NCBI GenBank assembly: GCA_048571215.1
Contig: CP182352.1
Span: forward strand, 3,136,001 to 3,200,000
Length of the DNA: 64,000 nt
Reading direction: 5' to 3'
Origin: Halarcobacter sp.
GTDB lineage: Bacteria; Campylobacterota; Campylobacteria; Campylobacterales; Arcobacteraceae
The notes under the pieces are model-generated. The model was not told the DNA's origin and searched no databases. It saw nothing but the letters and a program-made list of their open reading frames with translations. Below, piece after piece: positions 38,476 to 49,600 of this stretch (position 1 is the first letter of the stretch; every line of letters starts with the position of its first letter). A program made the position numbers and the translations under genes.

Positions 38476-40628
38476 TACAATTGATATCTTTTTTGTAATA
38501 ATTGTCTAACAAATTTAACAGTTTGCGCAAATATGGTTTTTGGAGTTGTTTCTATTCTTAAGACTCCTGACCTATCTTCATATAATAGAGGATTCTTTTT
38601 ATCTCTTTTTATTTTTGCAATAACTTTAAAAAATGATTCTTTTGACTTTGTTCCTTTTTCATCATTTTCTAATATAGGAATATCTCCTCCTCCTCTAAAT
38701 CCTAGAACAGCAGAAGGAAGAGTATTTTGCTCATGGGGAATAACAGTTAAGTTTTCAACACTTATAGTTTTTGCTGCAATTCCTGTAAGTTTTATTTCAG
38801 ATGTAAAAAGCTCTGAGTTAAAAAGTTCAGATGCTTTTTCTTGAGGTACTGCTGCAATAAATTGTGCATTGTCATTATCAATAATTTTCCCGATATATTC
38901 TCTTCTTTTAATAATCCTATTTTTTAGTTTTTCAATATTATTACTAACAAATAAACCATCTTTTGGGGCTTTTATTATTAGGTTTTCTTTTTTCTCTTTT
39001 AAAAATTTTAATTTTTCGTCAAGCAATACTAATCTTTTTTCTATTGGTTTTAGATTGGCTATATTTTCTTGAGATGCTTTTAGTCTTAAAGCTTTTGTTT
39101 CAATTATCATAGCCCTTGTTCGCTCTAAGTCAAAATTTAGTGATTCGTTTTCTAGTTTTAGAATCAAGTCCCCTTTTTTAACTTTTTTAACATTATCTAT
39201 GTATATTTCAGTAACTAAACCATCACTAAAAGAGTATATATTAAGTAAACTAATTGGTTGTACTATTCCACTTGCTCTTATAGAATCTTTTATTGGTATA
39301 AACCCAATTAAAATTATTAAACTCAATGTAAAAAGTAAAGAGATTGTTACTGCATTAAATCTTTTTCCTCTCAATTCATTATCATGCAGTAGATACTTTA
39401 TAAAAGAATAAAGGGGCTTTATTATCCATATAAAAATTGATATTGATATAACAATTAGACCAAATAAAAACCATTGATCTGCAACAAATATAGCAATTAA
39501 AATCGCAACCATAAATTTATATATTAAACTTAAAATAGCATATAATGCTAGCCAAAAACTCTCTTTTTTGGAGTTAGTTGGGGGATATATATCTTTTAAT
39601 TTAAACAAATATTTTTTAACCCAAAAGAAACATTGTTCTCTTGCTCTTTGATAAAGATTTGGTATTTCTAATAAATCAGATAATATATAATAAGAATCGA
39701 ATTTCAATAGGGGATTACCATTAAAAACTAAACTTGAGACGGAACCTATAATCATTATATTAAATGCTATTGAATTTAAAGCACCTTCTCCTGTATTTAC
39801 CCAGATGATTACACAAATAAAAGCTATAAAAAGCTCAACCATCATCCCAGCAGCACCAACTAATGCTCTTTTATATTTATTTGTAAAAGCCCAGCTACTA
39901 CTTGCATCCATAAAGGGTAGGGGAGTAAATACTATAAACATAAGACCCACTGTTGTTACATTGCCTCCAAACTTTTTGACCATCATTACATGGCCTAATT
40001 CATGAAATACTTTTAATATCACTAAAGAAATATATAAAAATACGATATTATCAGCTGCAAGTACCCCTTGGGTTTGGTCAAAAAAACTATCAAAATTTTC
40101 TGCAATCAATTTTAAAGCATATATGAAAAAAACAAGCCAAATAAGTAAAAGAGTTTTACTGAAAAAAACATCAATAAATGGTTTAATTCTTATTAGCCAA
40201 TCATTAGGATTCCATAAAGGGATTTTAATAAATAAAAAACTAGCTAGTTTACCTCTAATCTCTTTATTTTTATTTTTAACAATTCTGTCAAACATATTTT
40301 CACTATCTGCTCTATGTTTAAAATATAAAAGGTTATTGCCATGTAGTTGAGATAATAAGTTTACTATTTCATCTTGTGTAGGAGCGATGTCAGGATTTGT
40401 TTTAATATATTCCTCCCATATATCTTCAACTGTTTTTTTTGTAGTTAATTTTGATAAAAACTTATAAGCTTCGGGAGTAACTTTAAAGAATTTATTACTG
40501 TACTTATCATTTAAAACATACCATGTCGTTCCTCTATAATATTGCTTATGTATGTTTATACTATAAAGTAAAGATACTTTTAATTCAGAGACAACATGCC
40601 ATGATTCACTATAAAGAGTTTCCTTCAT
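38475..40628 (-). CDS. PqqD-like domain + M50 (site-2) metalloprotease + membrane fusion (HlyD-like) domain
   Basis: HELGH, GAAGMMVEL, FNGNPLLKFDSYYIL; C-terminal lipoyl halves (VKKGDLILKL, IKAPKDG) around a coiled coil. Confidence 0.85.
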   Translation of the reverse strand: MKETLYSESWHVVSELKVSLLYSINIHKQYYRGTTWYVLNDKYSNKFFKVTPEAYKFLSKLTTKKTVEDIWEEYIKTNPDIAPTQDEIVNLLSQLHGNNLLYFKHRADSENMFDRIVKNKNKEIRGKLASFLFIKIPLWNPNDWLIRIKPFIDVFFSKTLLLIWLVFFIYALKLIAENFDSFFDQTQGVLAADNIVFLYISLVILKVFHELGHVMMVKKFGGNVTTVGLMFIVFTPLPFMDASSSWAFTNKYKRALVGAAGMMVELFIAFICVIIWVNTGEGALNSIAFNIMIIGSVSSLVFNGNPLLKFDSYYILSDLLEIPNLYQRAREQCFFWVKKYLFKLKDIYPPTNSKKESFWLALYAILSLIYKFMVAILIAIFVADQWFLFGLIVISISIFIWIIKPLYSFIKYLLHDNELRGKRFNAVTISLLFTLSLIILIGFIPIKDSIRASGIVQPISLLNIYSFSDGLVTEIYIDNVKKVKKGDLILKLENESLNFDLERTRAMIIETKALRLKASQENIANLKPIEKRLVLLDEKLKFLKEKKENLIIKAPKDGLFVSNNIEKLKNRIIKRREYIGKIIDNDNAQFIAAVPQEKASELFNSELFTSEIKLTGIAAKTISVENLTVIPHEQNTLPSAVLGFRGGGDIPILENDEKGTKSKESFFKVIAKIKRDKKNPLLYEDRSGVLRIETTPKTIFAQTVKFVRQLLQKRYQL

Positions 40629-40631
40629 ATA

Positions 40632-42515
40632 CTACAACCAAAAATACATTCTAAGAAAATCAATTGTTTTATGGGTAGCTATCCAAATAACCCTTCTTTG
40701 TCCTATATTTATTTTAGCTACACCACTCATCCCTGGTCTCCACCAAGACTCAATAGGAGATAATGTTTTTGCTTTTAACATAAATACATTTCCATTTTTA
40801 CCATCTACTTGTGCAGTTGGAACAATATTTGTAACTTTTATAGGGAAATATAACTCTGGTCTACTTAATAGTTTTAGTTCACCCTCATCATTTATCTTAA
40901 TTTCATCAATATATTTTTCACTGATTTTAAATCTAATAAAGATATCTTTTGCATTTGCAATTTTAAGTAAAATATCTCCTTTTGAAACAGGTGCAGAAAT
41001 TAACTCTTTTTTATCACCTTCAATAATAACTCCATCAAATGGTGATTTTATTTTTGATTGATTTAAATAGTATTCAACTTTTTTTAAAGATGCTTTAGCT
41101 TGAATAACCTTTGCTATTGCTATATTCATATCTGCTAACTCATCTCTTGCTCTTGCTTTTTCTGCCTCTCTTGTATATCTAATTACATCTGCTTCCATTT
41201 CAAGTTGTTTTAATAATAACTCTTCTTCATCTAATTCAATTAAAGTTTCATCTTTTTTTATATAATCACCAGGATAATAATTAACATTTTTTATATAACT
41301 ATCATATGGAGCTTGTACATAGGCTATGTTATCAGTATCTAAAGTAGCAGTTACTTCTATCTTATATTCCCATTTGAAAAATATAGAATAAAGTAATACT
41401 AAAGAGATAAGAATACTAAAAAACTTCAATAATGTGTTATCGCTTCCTAAGAAATTTGCTAATTGTTTTTTTGTCCCATCTAATAGTTTTTTCCCAATCC
41501 ATCTATCTTCTTGTTGTAAATCATATAACCAAATATTTAATTGTTCTAAAGACAATTCTAGTAGAATAATATCTTTTTTATCAAAACTATCATCTAATTT
41601 TTCAAGGGTAACTACACCTATAACTTTATCTTCAATTTTTATAGGTATAGATAAAATAGTATTTAAAAGATTTATACGAGAGTAGTCCTCATGGGCTTTT
41701 GTTACTAAATTCGTATTATCAGTAGGTAAGTAGACAGTTTTTTCTTGATCTGCACACTCTTCATATACATTTTGTAATTTTTTAACTATTTCACTTTTCT
41801 CGTCAAATTTTTCTAAGTGGGATATAGCAATTAAGTTTATGTATTCATTTGTTTTCCAACCAATACTCACCCTAGAACTGTCAAATTTTAATGAAAGTTC
41901 ATTTACTAGCTTCATACATGCTAAGAGAAATTTCTTTTCATCTTTTATTAAGTTTAGTAATTCTAGTATCTCATAAATTCTATTATTTAATAAAGGGGTT
42001 TTCTCTTGAGTTTCTATGGGTAAATTTGTAGTTGATGACTTTCTATTAAAATATGCATAGTTTAAATAAACATCATTTATAAGTTGAGTTCTAACTACAG
42101 TTTCATTAAACTGCTGTGTATTTGCTCTGTCAATTATTATTGATGCGATAATAATTGTATTATCTAAATTTTCGATTTTAAAAGACAAGATGTATGCTTG
42201 TGAAAATTTATTTATTTTCAAATTAATAGGGGCATAAGAATATGAGTTTTTTAATGTTTTATCTCTATTCAATAAGATGGTTTTTGCAATCTCTTCAGAA
42301 CTATCATCTACTCCAATATTATCAATCAAATACTTTTGTTTATAATTCTCTTCAAATAGTTCTAAAACTAAGATATAAGAAGATTTAGTAACTTGTAATG
42401 TATTTTCTAAATAGAAATTCCAAAACTCTTCTTTTGTGCCCTCAAATTCTCTTAATGCTTTTATATTATTTAATACAACTAATACATCTGTACTATTAGA
42501 TACAATATTACTCAT
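40632..42515 (-). CDS. GAF domain + HlyD-family membrane fusion protein
   Basis: GAF-like SRVSIGW...ILSIPI...IGVVTLE; one TM; VQAPYDSYI, IKSPFDGVI, WRPGMSGVAKI. Confidence 0.85.
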   Translation of the reverse strand: MSNIVSNSTDVLVVLNNIKALREFEGTKEEFWNFYLENTLQVTKSSYILVLELFEENYKQKYLIDNIGVDDSSEEIAKTILLNRDKTLKNSYSYAPINLKINKFSQAYILSFKIENLDNTIIIASIIIDRANTQQFNETVVRTQLINDVYLNYAYFNRKSSTTNLPIETQEKTPLLNNRIYEILELLNLIKDEKKFLLACMKLVNELSLKFDSSRVSIGWKTNEYINLIAISHLEKFDEKSEIVKKLQNVYEECADQEKTVYLPTDNTNLVTKAHEDYSRINLLNTILSIPIKIEDKVIGVVTLEKLDDSFDKKDIILLELSLEQLNIWLYDLQQEDRWIGKKLLDGTKKQLANFLGSDNTLLKFFSILISLVLLYSIFFKWEYKIEVTATLDTDNIAYVQAPYDSYIKNVNYYPGDYIKKDETLIELDEEELLLKQLEMEADVIRYTREAEKARARDELADMNIAIAKVIQAKASLKKVEYYLNQSKIKSPFDGVIIEGDKKELISAPVSKGDILLKIANAKDIFIRFKISEKYIDEIKINDEGELKLLSRPELYFPIKVTNIVPTAQVDGKNGNVFMLKAKTLSPIESWWRPGMSGVAKINIGQRRVIWIATHKTIDFLRMYFWL

Positions 42516-42521
42516 ATATAA

Positions 42522-43412
42522 TTACTTTTTTTCTATAGAATTAGTATCATCTAAAGGTTCCAATGATTCTAAAGTATAAGATATCTCAGAATTATTAATC
42601 TCTTTTCCTTTTTTATCAAAATATATAAAAGCTGATAAACCTGGAACAATTGATAAATCTTTATTTTCTAATTTTGCTTTTATTCTTACAAGTGAACTTG
42701 ACTTATCTGCAATTGGAGAGATAAATACAATTTTACTATTTTTATCAATTAATTTTTCACCATTTTTTATCTTAATTGCTAAGGATTTCCCAAGGGTGAG
42801 TTCTTGTGCATATTTTTGTTCGATATTAAATTCTACAAAACATTCTTTGTAATTAACTACTTCAACTATTGATTCACCACTTTTAACCCATTCCCCTATA
42901 TCAAAACGAATTTTTGTAATTACACCATCTATTGGGGAAGTTAGTTTATGACTTTCCAGAATATTTTTTGACATTTCATAGTCTATTCTTTCTATAAGCT
43001 TTTTTTGTTTTGTAGCAAGCATTTGACCTAATAGGTCATGGTATCTAATCTCTAAAGACATCAACTCATCTTTACTTACTGATTTACTTCTTTTATAAAT
43101 CTCTTTTGTTGAATCTAACATCTCTTTTAATAATCGTTCATTCTTTTTTAATGAATTATATTGAGATGAATCTCTATAAATCATTTTCTTTCTTTTTGTG
43201 TCTAGCATTTGTAAAGAATCATCTAATGTTAAAATCTCTTGGTTTTTTTTAACACTATTGCCCTCTTTTAAAAATATATTTAATATCTTTCCATCTATTG
43301 GAAGAGTGAGTTCTAAATGATGTTTTGGTAAAACTATACCTGTTACTTCCAATGCTAGAAGACTTGATGAGTATAAACATAAAGCTATTATAAAATTAAA
43401 AACTATTTTCAT
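42522..43412 (-). CDS. RND-type periplasmic adaptor (MFP)
   Basis: Signal peptide, PIDGKI..EGNSVKK, LTSPIDGVI..GEWV, FISPIAD, IVPGLS. Confidence 0.88.
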   Translation of the reverse strand: MKIVFNFIIALCLYSSSLLALEVTGIVLPKHHLELTLPIDGKILNIFLKEGNSVKKNQEILTLDDSLQMLDTKRKKMIYRDSSQYNSLKKNERLLKEMLDSTKEIYKRSKSVSKDELMSLEIRYHDLLGQMLATKQKKLIERIDYEMSKNILESHKLTSPIDGVITKIRFDIGEWVKSGESIVEVVNYKECFVEFNIEQKYAQELTLGKSLAIKIKNGEKLIDKNSKIVFISPIADKSSSLVRIKAKLENKDLSIVPGLSAFIYFDKKGKEINNSEISYTLESLEPLDDTNSIEKK

Positions 43413-45032
43413 CTAGTAGCCTTTTTTAAAATCAGTTACATTTGACATTGAGTCTATATAAACTTTATTTTCTAAGTTACTAAGATCAATATTAATATTA
43501 TATGTTTTTAGTAAAGTTCCCATTGCTTTTTGTAGAGTGGCTTCTGCTGTTTTCCATTCAATTACTCTTTCATACATTTTTCTTTCATAGTCAATATACT
43601 GCTCTTCCTCTTCTAATAATTTTTTAACATTTGTTTTACCAAAAAGTAATTTTTCATTTTCAATATCTAAAAGTTCTTTTTTTATCCTTAAACCTTTTTT
43701 AAATAAATCCATTTGTTTTCTTGTACTTTTTAGTTTTTCAATTCTAGCATGTAAACTATTGTCTAAATTCTTTTCTAAAGCATTTAATTCAAGGGTTCCT
43801 TTTAGTACATTTAATTTAGAATTTTCTATATAACTTTTCATCTTTTCATTTCCAAAAATTGGTGTTGAAAACTCTAATCCAACATTCCAACTTTGATATT
43901 CACTTGAATCTAATTCTTGAAGTGCTTTGCTTTGGGTTGTTCCTAAAGATTGATTTGTAATATCTGCTTTTATTTTCAAGTCAGGTAGTATTTGATTATC
44001 AAGATATTTTCTAGTTACTATCTCTAATTGTAATTTCTTTTTTGCAATATTATATTCAGACCAATTTTTCAATGCTTGTTGTAGACTATCTTCTAAGGTT
44101 GGTATTTCACTTTGATTATAAATATCTTCTGTTAGTTTAAATTTAAGATTAGGGTTTTTTGATGCAGAAATATTTAATAGAGTAAATATTTGACTTCTTT
44201 TTTCTAATAGTTTATCTTCCTCTTCAATCTTTTGAAGTTGAAGTAAATATAATCTATTTTCAATATCTAAAACTTCTGTTTCAGGTACCTTTCCATTTGA
44301 TGCCAAGTCTTTTATATTTTTTAAATTTTTCTTAGTAATTTTTATAAGATTATCCCAACTTTCTAAAGTTTTTTTCATACCATAAAATTGCCAGTAACTT
44401 TGAATAGTAACACCTACTAACTCAGTTAATATTTTGTTGTATTCATCTTCACTTATATTTTTATTTATTTGTGCTAGCTTATGTTTTATTGTTGTGATTT
44501 CATAACCTGCGTTTTTTAGTAGGGGTTGCTCAATAGATAGTTTCAGATAATCTCTATATTCTGTATCTAAAGGGGAATATTGTTTTCTTATTACATTACT
44601 TTCTAAATTATTTCTTATAAATTTAAATTCCCATGTTCCACCAGTTGGCATAAGTCCGCTAAAACCTGCTTCATAATTTTCAGTTCTAGATTCATAAACT
44701 CCACCTGAAGTCAATAAAGTACTATAATAAGAGTCTTCAGGACCTGTTCTAGTTTTTTGTTTTGAAAAAGTTATCCCTACAGAATATGTGGGTTCAAAGA
44801 TTTTTTCCTCTGATATTAATTCATTCTCTTTTGTCTTAACGTTTATCAGCTCAACAAGACCTTTTGAATTTTTTCTTACTACTTCTTGCACTAAACTATT
44901 TAAGCTCAGTTCAATAACATCATTCTTTAAAACTAGAGTTTCCTCTTTTTTTGAAAGAGTATTTTCTAGTTTTTGTGCATTTAAGATACTTACACTAATT
45001 ATAATCCCAAGTAAAAGTTTATTTAATACCAT
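43413..45032 (-). CDS. TolC-family outer membrane channel
   Basis: Signal peptide, IEQPLLKNAG, SYWQ, LPDLKI, WNVGLEFSTPIFG, LQKAMGTLL; helical repeats. Confidence 0.85.
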   Translation of the reverse strand: MVLNKLLLGIIISVSILNAQKLENTLSKKEETLVLKNDVIELSLNSLVQEVVRKNSKGLVELINVKTKENELISEEKIFEPTYSVGITFSKQKTRTGPEDSYYSTLLTSGGVYESRTENYEAGFSGLMPTGGTWEFKFIRNNLESNVIRKQYSPLDTEYRDYLKLSIEQPLLKNAGYEITTIKHKLAQINKNISEDEYNKILTELVGVTIQSYWQFYGMKKTLESWDNLIKITKKNLKNIKDLASNGKVPETEVLDIENRLYLLQLQKIEEEDKLLEKRSQIFTLLNISASKNPNLKFKLTEDIYNQSEIPTLEDSLQQALKNWSEYNIAKKKLQLEIVTRKYLDNQILPDLKIKADITNQSLGTTQSKALQELDSSEYQSWNVGLEFSTPIFGNEKMKSYIENSKLNVLKGTLELNALEKNLDNSLHARIEKLKSTRKQMDLFKKGLRIKKELLDIENEKLLFGKTNVKKLLEEEEQYIDYERKMYERVIEWKTAEATLQKAMGTLLKTYNINIDLSNLENKVYIDSMSNVTDFKKGY

Positions 45033-45036
45033 TATT

Positions 45037-46596
45037 TTATTTTACACCTTGTTTATTTAAAGTATAAGTTCCTGTACATTTATTTAATGTATCTTTCCAA
45101 TCACCAGTAATTTGATTGTTTGATATTGTCCCCACAGACCATGTTGTATTATTTGTTGTGATATTATCTTTAAATGTAATTTTACTATCTACTACACTTA
45201 AGTTTGTACCATATGTTTGATTATTTGATTGAGCTTGCCATGAAGCAGTGTATTCATCTGATGTACTTAATGTCATTGTCGTTACTGCTTGAGTACAAGT
45301 ACTAGTTAAGTTTCCACTCCATACACCCACTAAACTTGCAGGATATAAGGCATTAGTTTTTATAGGTTCTGTTTTTGTTTTTATTGTATATGTTGTTGTA
45401 TTTTCTATTGTGTTATCATTTACATCAGAATTAAATGGAACAGCTGTAGTTGCTCCTTTTATAGTTACTTCACCATCTATATCTCCATAAAGAGGAGTAT
45501 TCATAGCAAAAGTTCCATTAAGTAGATTCAAATTATAACCGTTATTTGCTTTTGATAATTCAATTACTCCACTAACACTATTCTTTTTAGCTAAATTGCT
45601 AGTTTGGGTATGTTCTTGAAGATAATTGGCACTTAAAAGAGTAGATACATTATTTGCTATTTTAAAGATAACTGTACCAATATATTTTGCATTTAGTGTT
45701 GAAGAACTAACTGTTTCTTCAAAAACTGCAGTTACAATATCTCCTTTTTTTATGTAGCTAATGGTTTTTTTAATTCCATTGGCATCTACAATTACTTCAC
45801 TAGTGTTATTATAACTATCCATTATTTGAAAAGCAATTTTTGTATCAATTATTGGGCTTATACCTAAGATACTATCTAGTAGATTACCACTAATTAAAGA
45901 TGTTTTCAATTTACTTAATTCTGCAACATTATCTGGAAGAGTATATATATATTTACTATTGTCTGCTGAATTTATATTATTTGTATTTTTTGTTGAAATA
46001 GTTCCAGAAACAGTATTTGATAAGCCATCACTTTGATTATCTAATATCCAACTTTGAAATATAAGAGTTTCATCTTTTGATGTTGTTCCTAAAATATTTT
46101 GAACATTAGCATCGTTAAAAATTGCTAATGTATTATCTTCAACTTCTAGTTTCTCTAAATAGTTTTTAAAACTAGTAGGTGAAATATTCTTTTTATATGT
46201 TTTACCAACAATAGCTGTATCATCTGTATTTCCACTAACTTCTATATTTAAAAACATTGAAAAGTTTAACAGACCTGTATTATCAGTTGTAGTATCTTCT
46301 GTTTGTAAAGCAGTACTTCCTTCAGCTATTAATATATACTCAATTCCAGGTTTAAGAATATATGATATTTCATATTTACCATTTGCATCAGTGATATCAT
46401 AAGGTTCACCTTCATCATATACGCCATCATTATCTATATCCAAAAAGACTCTAACATTTTTAATTGGTCCATCAGAAACGATACCAGAAACTGTACTTAA
46501 GCTAGTTGTGACTCCACCGCCGCCACCGCCGCCACATCCAGTAAATAAAACTGTTGCACCTAATAAAACTTTTGCTAATAATAAACTTTTTCTCAT
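45037..46596 (-). CDS. Lipoprotein (likely surface/outer membrane) of the secretion cluster
   Basis: Start re-assigned to ATG at 46596 (AAGGAA SD); MRKSLLL...LFTGC lipobox + poly-Gly; GIVSDGPIKNVRVFLDIDNDGVYDEGEP. Confidence 0.8.
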   Translation of the reverse strand: MRKSLLLAKVLLGATVLFTGCGGGGGGGVTTSLSTVSGIVSDGPIKNVRVFLDIDNDGVYDEGEPYDITDANGKYEISYILKPGIEYILIAEGSTALQTEDTTTDNTGLLNFSMFLNIEVSGNTDDTAIVGKTYKKNISPTSFKNYLEKLEVEDNTLAIFNDANVQNILGTTSKDETLIFQSWILDNQSDGLSNTVSGTISTKNTNNINSADNSKYIYTLPDNVAELSKLKTSLISGNLLDSILGISPIIDTKIAFQIMDSYNNTSEVIVDANGIKKTISYIKKGDIVTAVFEETVSSSTLNAKYIGTVIFKIANNVSTLLSANYLQEHTQTSNLAKKNSVSGVIELSKANNGYNLNLLNGTFAMNTPLYGDIDGEVTIKGATTAVPFNSDVNDNTIENTTTYTIKTKTEPIKTNALYPASLVGVWSGNLTSTCTQAVTTMTLSTSDEYTASWQAQSNNQTYGTNLSVVDSKITFKDNITTNNTTWSVGTISNNQITGDWKDTLNKCTGTYTLNKQGVK

Positions 46597-46606
46597 AATC
46601 TTTTCC

Positions 46607-49600
46607 TTATAACGCGATATCTTCAATCCAATATTCAAATAACTCACTGTCAATTCTGTCTATAATTAAATTCTCATTAAAATTACTTGTATAGTTTGAA
46701 TAATTCAATGATATTGGATTTAATACATCAGTAATTGATGTTTGTACTGTTTGAGTATTTACAACATTACTTGTATGATTTACATATGTTGGATTATTTA
46801 TTGATTCAAACAATGAGGTTACTCTTGTTTGGATATTCTCTTGTGCTTGCACATGATGTGTTTTCATTACATATGACGAGTTTAATAACTCATAATCTAT
46901 CTCTTTTGCGAAACTCCATTGCTCTACAGCACTATAACTATTAGTTAGATCCATAGTTGTTTCTATTTGACTTAACTTAGGAGTTACTATTGTTTTATTT
47001 ACAACTTGTAAAGAATAGTTGTCTTTTTCTACTAAAAATACAGATGTTGAAGAACCTATTTTTGAGTCTATTTTAGCTTCTTGTTTATTTGCAATAAATA
47101 AATTTCTTACATCTGTATTTATTGCATTATTTGACAAGTTATTTAAGCTTGTACTATTTAATAGATACTCACCTTTTGTGAAGGCACCTTTACCTACCAT
47201 ATTTAAATTTTGAGCTGTTATATTCGTATTTTGATTATTATAATAATCAGTGATTCTACCATCTTGTGTTTTTAAAGTTACTGTATTCGCACTAATAGTA
47301 CCTATTTTCATACTATCTTGAGTTTGTATAGTTACATTACTTGATGTTTGTACATCTTCTACTACTAAGTAATCCAATTCATTAATACTTACATCACCAC
47401 TAGCAATTGCTTTTAATACTGCTATATCTGTATCTAACGAAGCTGTAGTTACATCTAAGCTTAGTTTATCAGCAACTAATGTGGTATTATTAGTAATATT
47501 ATTTGCACTAATTGTTACATTCCCATCAGTTGTCATACTATCTAGAATTAAATCATCACTTTCATTAATAGTTACATCACCACTTGCAGTTGCTGTTAAA
47601 GTAGATACTTTTGTATTAATATCTGCACTTGTTACATCTAAACTTAATAAACTACTTGACAATAAAGAAGTAGCTGTATTTGTTAGATTAGAAGCTGTTA
47701 TATCTACATTTCCTGATGTTGTAATACTATCTAGAATTAAATCATCACTTTCATTAATAGTTACATCACCACTTGCAGTTGCTGTTAAAGTAGATACTTT
47801 TGTATTAATATCTGCACTTGTTACATCTAAACTTAATAAACTACTTGACAATAAAGAAGTAGCTGTATTTGTTAGATTAGAAGCTGTTATATCTACATTT
47901 CCTGATGTTGTAATACTATCTAGAATTAAATCATCACTTTCATTAATAGTTACATCACCACTTGCAGTTGCTGTTAAAGTAGATACTTTTGTATTAATAT
48001 CTGCACTTGTTACATCTAAACTTAATAAACTACTTGACAATAAAGAAGTAGCTGTATTTGTTAGATTAGAAGCTGTTATATCTACATTTCCTGATGTTGT
48101 AATACTATCTAGAATTAAATCATCACTTTCATTAATAGTTACATCACCACTTGCAGTTGCTGTTAAAGTAGATACTTTTGTATTAATATCTGCACTTGTT
48201 ACATCTAAACTTAATAAACTACTTGACAATAAAGAAGTAGCTGTATTTGTTAGATTAGAAGCTGTTATATCTACATTTCCTGATGTTGTAATACTATCTA
48301 GAATTAAATCATCACTTTCATTAATAGTTACATCACCACTTGCAGTTGCTGTTAAAGTAGATACTTTTGTATTAATATCTGCACTTGTTACATCTAAACT
48401 TAATAAACTACTTGACAATAAAGAAGTAGCTGTATTTGTTAGATTAGAAGCTGTTATATCTACATTTCCTGATGTTGTAATACTATCTAGAATTAAATCA
48501 TCACTTTCATTAATAGTTACATCACCACTTGCAGTTGCTGTTAAAGTAGATACTTTTGTATTAATATCTGCACTTGTTACATCTAAACTTAATAAACTAC
48601 TTGACAATAAAGAAGTAGCTGTATTTGTTAGATTAGAAGCTGTTATATCTACATTTCCTGATGTTGTAATACTATCTAGAATTAAATCATCACTTTCATT
48701 AATAGTTACATCACCACTTGCAGTTGCTGTTAAAGTAGATACTTTTGTATTAATATCTGCACTTGTTACATCTAAACTTAATAAACTACTTGACAATAAA
48801 GAAGTAGCTGTATTTGTTAGATTAGAAGCTGTTATATCTACATTTCCTGATGTTGTAATACTATCTAGAATTAAATCATCACTTTCATTAATAGTTACAT
48901 CACCACTTGCAGTTGCTGTTAAAGTAGATACTTTTGTATTAATATCTGCACTTGTTACATCTAAACTTAATAAACTACTTGACAATAAAGAAGTAGCTGT
49001 ATTTGTTAGATTAGAAGCTGTTATATCTACATTTCCTGATGTTGTAATACTATCTAGAATTAAATCATCACTTTCATTAATAGTTACATCACCACTTGCA
49101 GTTGCTGTTAAAGTAGATACTTTTGTATTAATATCTGCACTTGTTACATCTAAACTTAATAAACTACTTGACAATAAAGAAGTAGCTGTATTTGTTAGAT
49201 TAGAAGCTGTTATATCTACATTTCCTGATGTTGTAATACTATCTAGAATTAAATCATCACTTTCATTAATAGTTACATCACCACTTGCAGTTGCTGTTAA
49301 AGTAGATACTTTTGTATTAATATCTGCACTTGTTACATCTAAACTTAATAAACTACTTGACAATAAAGAAGTAGCTGTATTTGTTAGATTAGAAGCTGTT
49401 ATATCTACATTTCCTGATGTTGTAATACTATCTAGAATTAAATCATCACTTTCTTGAATAAATATATCACCACTTGTTGTATTTGAAGCAGTAAGTGATG
49501 CTATTGTTGTATCTATATCTGCATCCCCATTTGCTCCTATACCTGTTGCTGCAACTAAACTAACTACTGTTGTAGTTCCTTTTATATTTGCATCTTCTGT

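Noticed and set aside
14..45060. Short 60-135 aa ORFs antisense to or nested within assigned genes
   Set aside because: Overlap well-supported genes and show no motifs
46514..46534. GGC/GGT run as a phase-variable tract
   Set aside because: Mixed in-frame Gly codons of a lipoprotein linker; slippage would not shift the frame
46597..46653. ORF-track N-terminal extension of the lipoprotein
   Set aside because: Overlaps the giant gene's end; ATG at 46596 has an SD and gives a normal lipoprotein signal
47535..49453. Tandem arrays as a possible CRISPR array
   Set aside because: Units are 189 bp, identical, in frame and have no unique spacers; no cas genes in the window
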